Assembly: GCA_045635885.1 (NCBI GenBank)
Contig: JAZTWO010000053.1
Span: forward strand, 31-64,030
Direction: 5' to 3'
Length of the DNA: 64,000 bases
Origin: Eubacteriales bacterium
Lineage (GTDB): Bacteria; Bacillota; Clostridia; Oscillospirales; CAG-272
Made by a program: the position numbers and the translations under genes. Each line of letters opens with the position of its first letter. The first letter of the stretch is position 1. Shown here in pieces: positions 19,027-28,299 of the stretch. Under the pieces are notes generated by a model. The model was given only the letters and a program-made list of their open reading frames with translations, was not told where the DNA came from and ran no database searches.

Positions 19027-19068
19027 GCGTTGATATATTAATTTTATACTTTTACATAGGAGGAAACT

Positions 19069-22000
19069 ATGAAAACAAAACTTTTAGTTGTAATCGCATT
19101 AATGTTGGCGTTGGTTATGACGCTTAGCGGATGTCAGGCAATTAACTATTTGAAAAATCTTTTCAATCCTGACCCATATGCTAAACTCCCCACAGTAGAT
19201 ATTGATGCTCCTGCTCTTGCGGCAGAAAAAATCATTGACTTTGCGGAAGGTGCAAATCCTGATGTATTGTTCGAATCAGACGGTTGGTCAAACGGTGACG
19301 TATTCAACGTTGTTTGGAAATCACATAACGTTCATTATGAAGACGGCATCATGCGCCTTGGTATTACCGAGGAGCAGGCAAGTGCTTGGATTGACGGTGC
19401 AGAAGTACCCTATAACTACACCGCAGGTGAAGCACGCACACAGAATTACTATCACTACGGTGATTATGAAGTATCAATGAAACCCTCCGCAAACGGTGGT
19501 ACTGCAAGTACATTCTTTGTTTGCACAGGTCCTTACGATTTGAAGGATGGCGTTCCCAATGCTCATGACGAAATCGACATTGAGTTCCTTGGTGACGATA
19601 CAACACATGTTCAGTTCAACTTCTTCGTTGACGGACAGGGTGGAAATGAATATATGTATGACCTCGGCTTTGACGCTTCTGAAGAATTCCATACATACGG
19701 TTTCCGTTGGGAGCCCGACAGAATCACTTGGTTCGTTGACGGTAAGCCCGTTTATATGGTAACAACAGATAAGAGTGTTGAAAAGGCAGAAAACGTAAGA
19801 CACGTTGAAAAGCTCCCCTCAACAGCAGGTAGAATTCTTACAAACTACTGGTGCGGTAATGAAAGAGCACACGGTTGGATGGGTGAATATAAGGGTGAAA
19901 CACACGATAACGGTACAACATATCAGTGGATCGCAACAAGTGCAGAAGGCGCTCCTCTCAATCCTCCCGTAGTAGAACCCCCCGTTGTTGGCGGCGACGA
20001 AATCGATTGGACAGCAATCGAACCCGTTGCTCCCACATTTGAAACTACACCCGAATACGTAGTAGCAATTGATGGCAACAAAGCAAACGTAACTTATACA
20101 GACGTTAGCGGTAGCGCATACAAGCCCATCGAAATGGACGTTACTGAAGCGGTTGCAGGTAAGAACTACGTTTACCTTAGGGTTACAAATAACGGTACAG
20201 AAACAGTTAACGTTCGTGTTAATATGTTTGATCCCACACTTACAGGAAATAACCAAGCTACAAACATTTCTGCAACAATGAATGGTGTAGCTGTTAGAAC
20301 TGATATGGAATGGGGTGGCTCATTCTTTGATATTCCTGCAGGTGAAACAGCAGAGCTTGTTATCAATTTTGGTGTTGGCGGTGTTAAGCTTCAGCTTATG
20401 ATCGACTCCTCAAGAAATGATGGCGTTCTCCGTTCCGGTGACGTAACAATCGAAGAAATTAAGTTTACAGCAGTTGGTGACGTTGAAGTTCCTCATAAGT
20501 GTGCTGATGCTGACGAAGACGGTAAGTGTGATGAATGTGGCGCAGATATGCCCCTTCCTCCTCCTATTGTAGAAGATCCCGTTTCCGGCAATCTTACGCT
20601 CGATTTCGGTAATTTCCAAACTGCTATTGGCGGTAACGTTACTGATGGCTACGGTGTAAATGCCGAAGGAAATAAAATCAGTGTAGAATATACGAATATT
20701 ATAGGCAATTCCTATAAGAATATTTGGGCTTACATTGGTGATATTGCAGGCAATAAAACAACATTTACAATGAAGGTTACTAATGTAGGTGAAGCACCCG
20801 TTAAGCTTCGTGTTGATATTGAAAGCCAGACACAGACAAGTGCAAACACAACCTGTTGTAACGTTTCTGCTACTATGAATGGCAATCCTGTATCTACAGA
20901 TACGGAATGGGGCGGCTCAATGTTTGTTATTGAGGTTGGCGCTACCGTTACTATTGAGGTGGTTTACGATGCTTCCAAGCTTCCCACTAACTTTAAGTTT
21001 ATGATTGACAGTTGTCAATGGGATGATTCCGAATCACATGCAGGTAGTATCTTTATTACAGATATGGCCTTTACTGGTGAATATATCCCCGAAGAGGGTG
21101 GTGACGATCCCGATCCTAAGCCCGAACCCGTAGATCCTATTGTTAACGTAAGTGATCTTACAATCACAACAACAACAGATGAAGAGCTTATCCCCGGCAC
21201 AGGCATTTCTGCTTCTGCAGGTCTTGCAATTGATGGCAATAAGAAGAGCATCGACGGCTTTGATTTCACACAAAGACTTAAGCTCGGTGGCACAATGAAG
21301 ATAGAAGACGGTGTTGTTAAGGCAGGTATTCAGGTAATTACAAACGGACCTGCAAAGATCGTTCTCTATGCTATCTCCAGCTCTTCTAGCGACTCCACAA
21401 GAACACTTCAACTTGCAACTTTGGTTGACGGTGCATTTAATAAGCTTGCCGAAACTGAGGGTGTTCCCGGTGATGTAGTAGCTAAATTTGAATTTACAGT
21501 TGATGTTGCAGGCACATATTACATTGGTAGCACAAAGAGTGGTATCAACGTTTACTACATTGCAGTTGAAGCAGCTGCTGATCCCGAACCAGAACCCGAT
21601 CCTGAACCCACACCTGATCCCGAACCCGATACAGGTCTTCAGTTCAATTTCTGGACATCCAGTAACGATTATACAGTAAACGGTCATAACATTAAGTACA
21701 ATGGTGCAGGTAATGCATACTCATGCGCAGGTACTGACATTGCTTCTCTTGCGGCAGGCAAGACAACATTCACAGTAACAATTACAAATAACGGTGCGGC
21801 AGATTCTCGTGTTCGTGTTGATATTCAGGGCACAACTACAGTTGGAAATCACAAGGTTCTTAATACAAGTGCAACAGGTGGTGATGTTTGGACCGATGCA
21901 GAATGGGGCGGCTCAACAGTAACAGTTGCTGCAGGAGCAAGCGTAACTCTCGTTATTGAATTTGATGTTAATACAGGACGTGGTACCCCCGCTGATCTTA

Positions 22001-22566
22001 TTATATTCGTAGATGCTGCAAGAGGTACTGCAGACACATATTCTTCTGACATCACTCTTTCCGGTATGGCATTTAGCGGTGAAGCAGCAGCTCCCGAAGA
22101 GCCCAAGCCCGAAGATCCTAAACCCGAAGAACCCGCAGTTGAATATACAGACCTTTACGTAGAATACAAAACAGAAAACGCATACACTCTTACAACACCC
22201 GATACATATGCAAATCAGGTTAGAGTAACATATGCAGATATGGCTCAGAATTCTTGGGCAAACATCAACATTTGGGTTGAAGATAAATCTGCAGATTGCT
22301 CAGTATTCTCATTCAAGCTTACAAACCACGGTAGTGCAACCGTTAGCGTTTGGGTACAGATGAAGGATGCTTCAGGCGCAGAGCTTATCAATCAGAACGT
22401 TGATATTGCTGCAGGCGCAGAACAGGTTGTAACATTTGAATATACAGGTACTGCACAGATGATTTTCTTCTTCGTTGACTCCACTCATGAAGCAGATGCA
22501 GAGCTTAACACAGGTGACATTACAATGTCTGAACTTAAGCTTGGCAAGGTTGCTGCAGCTGAATAA
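19069..22566 (+). CDS. multimodular GH16 beta-glucanase lipoprotein with five C-terminal beta-sandwich (CBM-like) modules
   Basis: 1165 aa with RBS AGGAGG and lipobox LSGC. The GH16 core contains EIDIEFLGDDTTHVQFNFF. Four related modules follow (xVTNxGxxxVxxRVD...NxSATMNG...EWGGS) plus one unrelated module. Pro/Glu/Asp-rich linkers separate them. Confidence 0.9.
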   Translation: MKTKLLVVIALMLALVMTLSGCQAINYLKNLFNPDPYAKLPTVDIDAPALAAEKIIDFAEGANPDVLFESDGWSNGDVFNVVWKSHNVHYEDGIMRLGITEEQASAWIDGAEVPYNYTAGEARTQNYYHYGDYEVSMKPSANGGTASTFFVCTGPYDLKDGVPNAHDEIDIEFLGDDTTHVQFNFFVDGQGGNEYMYDLGFDASEEFHTYGFRWEPDRITWFVDGKPVYMVTTDKSVEKAENVRHVEKLPSTAGRILTNYWCGNERAHGWMGEYKGETHDNGTTYQWIATSAEGAPLNPPVVEPPVVGGDEIDWTAIEPVAPTFETTPEYVVAIDGNKANVTYTDVSGSAYKPIEMDVTEAVAGKNYVYLRVTNNGTETVNVRVNMFDPTLTGNNQATNISATMNGVAVRTDMEWGGSFFDIPAGETAELVINFGVGGVKLQLMIDSSRNDGVLRSGDVTIEEIKFTAVGDVEVPHKCADADEDGKCDECGADMPLPPPIVEDPVSGNLTLDFGNFQTAIGGNVTDGYGVNAEGNKISVEYTNIIGNSYKNIWAYIGDIAGNKTTFTMKVTNVGEAPVKLRVDIESQTQTSANTTCCNVSATMNGNPVSTDTEWGGSMFVIEVGATVTIEVVYDASKLPTNFKFMIDSCQWDDSESHAGSIFITDMAFTGEYIPEEGGDDPDPKPEPVDPIVNVSDLTITTTTDEELIPGTGISASAGLAIDGNKKSIDGFDFTQRLKLGGTMKIEDGVVKAGIQVITNGPAKIVLYAISSSSSDSTRTLQLATLVDGAFNKLAETEGVPGDVVAKFEFTVDVAGTYYIGSTKSGINVYYIAVEAAADPEPEPDPEPTPDPEPDTGLQFNFWTSSNDYTVNGHNIKYNGAGNAYSCAGTDIASLAAGKTTFTVTITNNGAADSRVRVDIQGTTTVGNHKVLNTSATGGDVWTDAEWGGSTVTVAAGASVTLVIEFDVNTGRGTPADLIIFVDAARGTADTYSSDITLSGMAFSGEAAAPEEPKPEDPKPEEPAVEYTDLYVEYKTENAYTLTTPDTYANQVRVTYADMAQNSWANINIWVEDKSADCSVFSFKLTNHGSATVSVWVQMKDASGAELINQNVDIAAGAEQVVTFEYTGTAQMIFFFVDSTHEADAELNTGDITMSELKLGKVAAAE

Positions 22567-22600
22567 TCTATAAAGATAATTAGATAATCAATAAACAATT

Positions 22601-22628
22601 CAAGCGGCTGTCTTTTGACAGCCGCTTG
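22601..22628 (+). terminator. strong hairpin after the GH16 gene
   Basis: caagcggctgtc-tttt-gacagccgcttg forms a 12-bp stem. The downstream T-run is poor. Confidence 0.5.
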
Positions 22629-22663
22629 ATAATAACCCACATCCTTAAAAAAAGGAGAACAAT

Positions 22664-25600
22664 ATGAAAAAACGAAAAACAGAAGGCAAAATCAAAACAA
22701 AGATATCTCCACTTATTGCGGGCATGTCTTGCTTGTTGATTTTTGCAATAATTTTCAATGTTTTGTCACTTACAAAGTTTGACAATATTTTTGAAAAATT
22801 CTTTGGTGCAACACCCTCTCGTTTAAAGGGTGACACACTTAATGCAGACGTAAATTATTACACAAGCGATTTTAATAGTCCAAGTGAGCTTTATGCTTAC
22901 GAAACGCAAAAGGTGGCGCAAATTGCCCAAGAGGGTATTACCTTGCTTGAAAATAAAGACGGTTTTCTTCCTCTTAAAGAGGGAACTGAACTCAGTTTGT
23001 TCAGCGTTTCATCCGTTGATCTTGTAAGTGGTGGTTCCGGCTCAGGATCGGGCTCATTTGAGTTGACAACCGACCTTAAAACAGGTCTTGAAGGCGCAGG
23101 ACTTAAGGTCAATGGCACTCTTTGGAATTTCTATAAGAATTATTTTGAAGAGCATAAATACGTTCTTTCGAATGACCCCGATAAAGACTCTAAGCACGTT
23201 AGAGGTAAGGGCGTTATCAACTACGGTGCAGACCTTGACTGGTCAATTAACGAATGCGCAGTATCTAACTTTGCAAATAATAGCGAAATTGTAAGTTCTT
23301 TTGATAATACGGTTGCTATGTTCGTTCTCTCCCGTACAGGCGGAGAGGGTGGTGACGAGCCTCGTGATATGGCAGCATTTGGCGGCGAGCCCGGACAGCA
23401 CTATCTTGAACCCGACAAAACAGAGCTTGAAGTTATCGCTTATCTCAACGAGCATTTCGAAAACGTTATTATTCTTATAAACTGTAATAACACAATCGAG
23501 CTTGGTTGGATAAATAATTATGAAAATATTAAAGCAGTTATCAATTTCCCCGGTGCAGGTAGAACAGGTACATACGGACTTGGCTATATGTTGAGAGGAC
23601 TTGACGTAAACAATGCAGAAATTTCTGCATCAGGTCATCTTGTTGACACTTGGGTTTATGATAACTTCTCATCCCCTGCAATGCAGAACATGGGTGACTA
23701 TATGTTCACTGGAATTGAAGGCCCTTATTACTATGTAAACTATAGCGAAGGTATTTACGTTGGCTATAGATATTACGAAACAAGATATGAGGACGCAGTT
23801 CTTGGCAGGGCAAATGTTGGCGACTATAATTATGACGACACAGTTGTATATCCGTTTGGATATGGCTTGTCATATACAAAATTCGAGTGGACTGACTTTA
23901 ATATGTCTGCTCCCGACAAGGATAATATGATTGACGTTTCTGTAAAGGTAACTAACGTCGGCTCAAGAGCAGGTATGGACGTAGTTCAAATTTACGGTCA
24001 GGCACCTTATAAAGAAGAGGTTGAAAAATCATCAGTTGTACTTGTTGGATTTGCAAAAACCCGAAATCTTGCTCCCGGTGAGGAACAAATAATTAAGATT
24101 AGAGTAAATCTTAAAGACCTTACAAGCTATGATGTAAATGCAAATAACGGTTGGGGCGGATACGTTCTTGATAGTGGTAATTACTACATCACAGCGGCAA
24201 GCAACGCACACGAAGCTATTAATCTTATTCTTAAGGAAAGAGCAGAGGTCGAAGGACTTACACTCGACCTTACAAAATGGGTTGACGGTAAGCAGGACGA
24301 TACTTCTTCACCCGAGGGTGAAAAGATGATTGGCGTTCACCTTCAGAAAGAAACTGATAATAAGACGTATGCAGTTGTTTCAGAGGGTTATCAAACAATT
24401 AAAAATCAGTTTGATAATTCCACACTTGAAGATGCGGTATATCTTTCAAGAAAGAATTGGAGTATGATGGAAAATGACGGTCTTAGATACGGATACGCAT
24501 CTGCAACCGAAAGCAGAGCCGAAATCAACGGTAAGCAGTTCCAAATTGAAGTTCCTGCATCAATTAAGGATCTTTTACCAAAAGAGGAATCACTCAATCC
24601 CAATTTGGGAAGCTATTCAACTAATATTACCTTTGGTGAGAAGGGCGATGTTGACCTTATTGACCTTCGTGGTCTTCCTTATGACGATCCTCTTTGGGAT
24701 GATCTTCTTGACCAAATCACACTTAAAGAAATTTCCAAGCTAATTGACGAGTGTGGCTATTGCTCACCCGAAATTGAGTCCATCAATAAGCCCAAGGTTA
24801 CTGACCTTGACGGTCCTGCAGGACTTAACGATATTGTTAAGCACGGCTCAATGCCCATAGGCGATGACCTTAGAGCGATGACTTGGCCCACACAGTATAT
24901 GCTTGCTTGCACTTGGAACGTAGTTCTTGCAGAAGAAATGGGCAAGGGCATTGGTGAAGACGGCTTGTATTCAGGCGTTAGCGGTTGGTATGGTCCGGGT
25001 ATGAATATTCACAGAACACCTTTTGCAGGTAGAAACTTTGAATATTACTCTGAGGACGCATTTCTTTCCGGCGAGCTTGGTAAGGCAGAGGTAAACGGAG
25101 CTGCCCAAAAGGGTATGTATGCGTTTATTAAGCACTTTGCACTTAATGACCAAGAAACTCACCGTGACGAGCGTGGTCTTGCAACCTTTGCAGACGAGCA
25201 AACAATTCGTGAAATATATCTTAAGCCATTTGAAATGACAATTGTTGATAATGAAGTTGAAATCTTCTATAACGAAGCAGTTAAGAATGATAATGGCAAG
25301 ATTATCTCCTATACAAAGAAAACAACCACAGTTCCTGCGGCAACTGCGGTTATGACGTCATTCAACCGAATTGGCGCAACCTGGGCGGGCGGTCACTATT
25401 ATCTCATTACTGAGGTTTTGAGAAATGAATGGGGCTTTAACGGTTTCGTTCTTACCGACTATGAGGTTGGCGACGGTAAGGGTGCGTATATGGATACTAA
25501 CCAAACAATTGCCGCAGGTGGTGACGCAAAGCTTAAAACTGTTGGTCTTAGTATGGAATGGGAAACAATGCTTGGCTATAAGCTCCAAAGACATCCTGAA

Positions 25601-25897
25601 TTGTTAGAGCTTGGACGTGAAGCTGCTCACCATATTCTTTATACAGTAGTTCACTCTTCAGGTATGAACGGTTTTGTTCACGGTGTTGAATTCGTTAACG
25701 GATTTGCATACTATAAATTGATTCTTATAGCATGGGATATTCTCACACTTGTTGCGATATTCTTTATGTTAAGAGCAATGAGAAAGAGATTGCGTAATCG
25801 CAAGCTTGTTGCTGCCACAGTAGATGGCGAATGTGTTGAAATTGATGCTAAAGAAGTTGAAATTGAAGAAACGGTTAACGAACCTCAAAACGAATAA
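22664..25897 (+). CDS. GH3 family beta-glucosidase with permuted domain order and TM helices at both ends
   Basis: 1077 aa with RBS AGGAG. The GH3 C-terminal domain and Fn3-like region (PFGYGLSYTKFEW, VVQIYGQ) come before the TIM-barrel catalytic domain. That domain contains KHFALNDQETHRD, SFNRIGATWAGG and the nucleophile motif GFVLTDYE. Confidence 0.88.
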   Translation: MKKRKTEGKIKTKISPLIAGMSCLLIFAIIFNVLSLTKFDNIFEKFFGATPSRLKGDTLNADVNYYTSDFNSPSELYAYETQKVAQIAQEGITLLENKDGFLPLKEGTELSLFSVSSVDLVSGGSGSGSGSFELTTDLKTGLEGAGLKVNGTLWNFYKNYFEEHKYVLSNDPDKDSKHVRGKGVINYGADLDWSINECAVSNFANNSEIVSSFDNTVAMFVLSRTGGEGGDEPRDMAAFGGEPGQHYLEPDKTELEVIAYLNEHFENVIILINCNNTIELGWINNYENIKAVINFPGAGRTGTYGLGYMLRGLDVNNAEISASGHLVDTWVYDNFSSPAMQNMGDYMFTGIEGPYYYVNYSEGIYVGYRYYETRYEDAVLGRANVGDYNYDDTVVYPFGYGLSYTKFEWTDFNMSAPDKDNMIDVSVKVTNVGSRAGMDVVQIYGQAPYKEEVEKSSVVLVGFAKTRNLAPGEEQIIKIRVNLKDLTSYDVNANNGWGGYVLDSGNYYITAASNAHEAINLILKERAEVEGLTLDLTKWVDGKQDDTSSPEGEKMIGVHLQKETDNKTYAVVSEGYQTIKNQFDNSTLEDAVYLSRKNWSMMENDGLRYGYASATESRAEINGKQFQIEVPASIKDLLPKEESLNPNLGSYSTNITFGEKGDVDLIDLRGLPYDDPLWDDLLDQITLKEISKLIDECGYCSPEIESINKPKVTDLDGPAGLNDIVKHGSMPIGDDLRAMTWPTQYMLACTWNVVLAEEMGKGIGEDGLYSGVSGWYGPGMNIHRTPFAGRNFEYYSEDAFLSGELGKAEVNGAAQKGMYAFIKHFALNDQETHRDERGLATFADEQTIREIYLKPFEMTIVDNEVEIFYNEAVKNDNGKIISYTKKTTTVPAATAVMTSFNRIGATWAGGHYYLITEVLRNEWGFNGFVLTDYEVGDGKGAYMDTNQTIAAGGDAKLKTVGLSMEWETMLGYKLQRHPELLELGREAAHHILYTVVHSSGMNGFVHGVEFVNGFAYYKLILIAWDILTLVAIFFMLRAMRKRLRNRKLVAATVDGECVEIDAKEVEIEETVNEPQNE

Positions 25898-25909
25898 ATA
25901 AAATAAAAC

Positions 25910-25940
25910 ACGGCAGTGCCTTGGCGCTGCCGTATTTTTT
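25910..25940. terminator. terminator between convergent GH3 and GT2 genes
   Basis: acggcagtgcc-ttg-gcgctgccgt followed by a T-run. Confidence 0.75.
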
Positions 25941-26958
25941 AATTATATCTAACTACCTTGTTTGCAAGATTGTAAATAAATGTTGAAAAAGCTCTGCCGA
26001 ATTTTCCCTTTATGCAAATTAAAGCAAGTGGGGAATGCCATCTGTAATGCTTATACCATTTTTCGTCAAAGCTCTTGCATTTGTTCCACATTTCTTCAAG
26101 ATCTGCATCCGTTTCTTTGGAGTTGTTTAATCGGGTAACTGCAATTGATATGGCAAACATCATAAAAAGCTCGTGTTTGAGATATTTTTTCAATTTTGGC
26201 TCTTGAATATGTGCAATATCGCAGGCAACAAAACTCTGTTCTGTAACCAAAATTTGATGTGTATAACGCTTCATCATCACGTTTCTTTGTACCGACTGGT
26301 CGGGTCTGCCTATCCAATATCTATAAAGGTCGCAGGGGAAGTAATACATTTTCTTAACGTGGGGAAGAGTCTTGCAAATCATGAGATTATCCTCATAAAA
26401 TACCTTTCTTGGAAGGGGCTCGTTCCACTGCTTCATAAGGGACGTTTTGAATGTGCAGGAATGTATCGTGAGCATTTGATGAATGCGGAATGGCTTTGTT
26501 TCCTTCCACTCAAAAATGCGCCATTTGGGAAGGGCATTTGAATAGTCTATTGAACGGTCGCCCTTTCCGTCGGTGTGAACGTAAAAATAATTTGTAATGG
26601 CAAGATCAACTCCGCCATTTCTTTCGCAAAGTTCAAGTGCGTCAATAAATGAGGGGAAATCCTCGCTCACCTTGTCGTCACTGTCAACAACCTTAAAATA
26701 TGTACCGCTTGCGTGCTTAATACCTTGATTAATGCCCTCTCCGTGACCGCCATTTTCTTGGTGGATTACTTTTACAATGTTGGGATATTCGTTTGCATAA
26801 GCATCTGCAATTGCTCCGGTTTCATCTTTAGAACCGTCGTCGATAATGATAATTTCAATGCGTTCTCCACCACAAAGCAAACTGTCAATGCAATTTCTCA
26901 TGTAATCCTGCGAATTATAGCAGGGAACGGTAACGGTTAATATCTTTTTGTTTTTCAT
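25939..26958 (-). CDS. family 2 glycosyltransferase (likely galactofuranosyltransferase partner of glf)
   Basis: 339 aa. GT-A motifs VTVPCYNSQDYM, IIIDDGSKD and VVDSDD are present. Its start overlaps the glf stop (ATGA at 26955-26958). Confidence 0.85.
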   Translation of the reverse strand: MKNKKILTVTVPCYNSQDYMRNCIDSLLCGGERIEIIIIDDGSKDETGAIADAYANEYPNIVKVIHQENGGHGEGINQGIKHASGTYFKVVDSDDKVSEDFPSFIDALELCERNGGVDLAITNYFYVHTDGKGDRSIDYSNALPKWRIFEWKETKPFRIHQMLTIHSCTFKTSLMKQWNEPLPRKVFYEDNLMICKTLPHVKKMYYFPCDLYRYWIGRPDQSVQRNVMMKRYTHQILVTEQSFVACDIAHIQEPKLKKYLKHELFMMFAISIAVTRLNNSKETDADLEEMWNKCKSFDEKWYKHYRWHSPLALICIKGKFGRAFSTFIYNLANKVVRYN

Positions 26959-28055
26959 TTTATCTCTCTTTCTGCCACATCAAGTGCTGTGAGTATTACT
27001 GCATCCATGTCGTAATAGCGGTATTGACCAAGTCTGCCACCGAAAATGACGTTTTGCTTATTTTCTGCCAACGCCTTGTATTTTTCATACAATGCGTTGT
27101 TTTCCTCGTTATTGATTGGGTAATATGGCTCGGTGTCCCTTGTCCACTCTTGGCTATATTCCCTTGAAATAACTGTTTTTTCTTGAGTACCAAAAACAAA
27201 ATGCTTGTGTTCAATTATGCGAGTGTAGGGAGTATCTTCGTCGGTGTAATTAATAACCGCATTGCCTTGATAGTTGTCGGTGTCAAGAATTTCGTTTTCA
27301 AATCTAACGCTTCGATAAGCCAATTCGCCATAACAGTAATCAAAATATGCATCAATTGTGCCCGTATATACTATTTTGTTTGCAATATTGTTCCAGTTTT
27401 CTCTGTTTTCAAAATAGTCAACGTTAAGGCGCACTTCAATTCCGTCAAGCATTCTTTCCACCATTTTGGTGTAACCTTCAGTGGGAATGCCTTGATAGAG
27501 TGCGTTGAAATAGTTGTTGTCGTATGTAAATCTAACGGGCAGACGTTTGATGATGAACGCAGGCAACTCGTTGCAGGGTCTACCCCATTGTTTTTGAGTG
27601 TATCCCTTAACAAGCTTTTCGTAAATGTCCGTTCCAACAAGACTAATTGCCTGCTCCTCAAGATTTTTTGGGTCGGTTATGCCACTTTTTGCCCTTTGCT
27701 CTGCAATTTTTGCCTTTGCTTCTTCGGGAGTAACCACACCCCACATTTTATTAAAGGTTAGCATGTTGAAGGGGAGGGAATAAAGCTCACCATTGTAGTT
27801 TGCCATGGGGGAGTTTGTGTATCTATTAAATTCTGCAAATTGATTAACATAATCCCACACTTTTTTGTCGTTGGTGTGAAATATATGCGCACCGTATTTG
27901 TGAACTTGAATTCCTTCTATGTCTTCGGTGTATATATTTCCACCTATATGTGAACGCTTGTCAATAACAAGAACAGTTTTGCCCGCGCTCTTTGCCTTTT
28001 GAGCAAAAACTGCGCCAAAAAGTCCTGCCCCGACTATAAGATAATCATATTTCAT
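26955..28055 (-). CDS. glf: UDP-galactopyranose mutase
   Basis: 366 aa. Motifs YDYLIVGAGLFGAVFA, GGNIYTE, KYGAHIFHT and GRLGQYRYYDMD are present. Confidence 0.93.
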   Translation of the reverse strand: MKYDYLIVGAGLFGAVFAQKAKSAGKTVLVIDKRSHIGGNIYTEDIEGIQVHKYGAHIFHTNDKKVWDYVNQFAEFNRYTNSPMANYNGELYSLPFNMLTFNKMWGVVTPEEAKAKIAEQRAKSGITDPKNLEEQAISLVGTDIYEKLVKGYTQKQWGRPCNELPAFIIKRLPVRFTYDNNYFNALYQGIPTEGYTKMVERMLDGIEVRLNVDYFENRENWNNIANKIVYTGTIDAYFDYCYGELAYRSVRFENEILDTDNYQGNAVINYTDEDTPYTRIIEHKHFVFGTQEKTVISREYSQEWTRDTEPYYPINNEENNALYEKYKALAENKQNVIFGGRLGQYRYYDMDAVILTALDVAEREIK

Positions 28056-28210
28056 AAAGAACCGCCCCCTTTTTTGAATTTTCTATATTATACCACAGAT
28101 TTATGAACATTTCAACACGAAAACACATTTCAATGCCATAAATTCTTTGTGTGTTTTATACATAAAACAATGTTCTGTTTTGGTGTTAATGTTGAAAATT
28201 GTCAAAATCG

Positions 28211-28239
28211 TTGACATTGGTATTTTAAAGGAGTATAAT
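28211..28239 (+). promoter_or_regulatory. consensus sigma-A promoter of the protease/cohesin operon
   Basis: TTGACA (28211-28216), a 17-nt spacer, then TATAAT (28234-28239). Confidence 0.65.
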
Positions 28240-28299
28240 AAAAATTACACAAAATATTAATAATTTATATGAATAAATTATCAAAAAGGAGAAACAGAA

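Noticed and set aside
19819-21687. 145-aa and 217-aa minus-strand ORFs inside the large GH16 gene
   Set aside because: They are antisense shadow ORFs with Cys-rich junk translations. The plus-strand frame encodes a continuous, modular and recognisable protein.
27183-27761. 192-aa plus-strand ORF
   Set aside because: It is antisense to glf (UDP-galactopyranose mutase), which is unambiguous.
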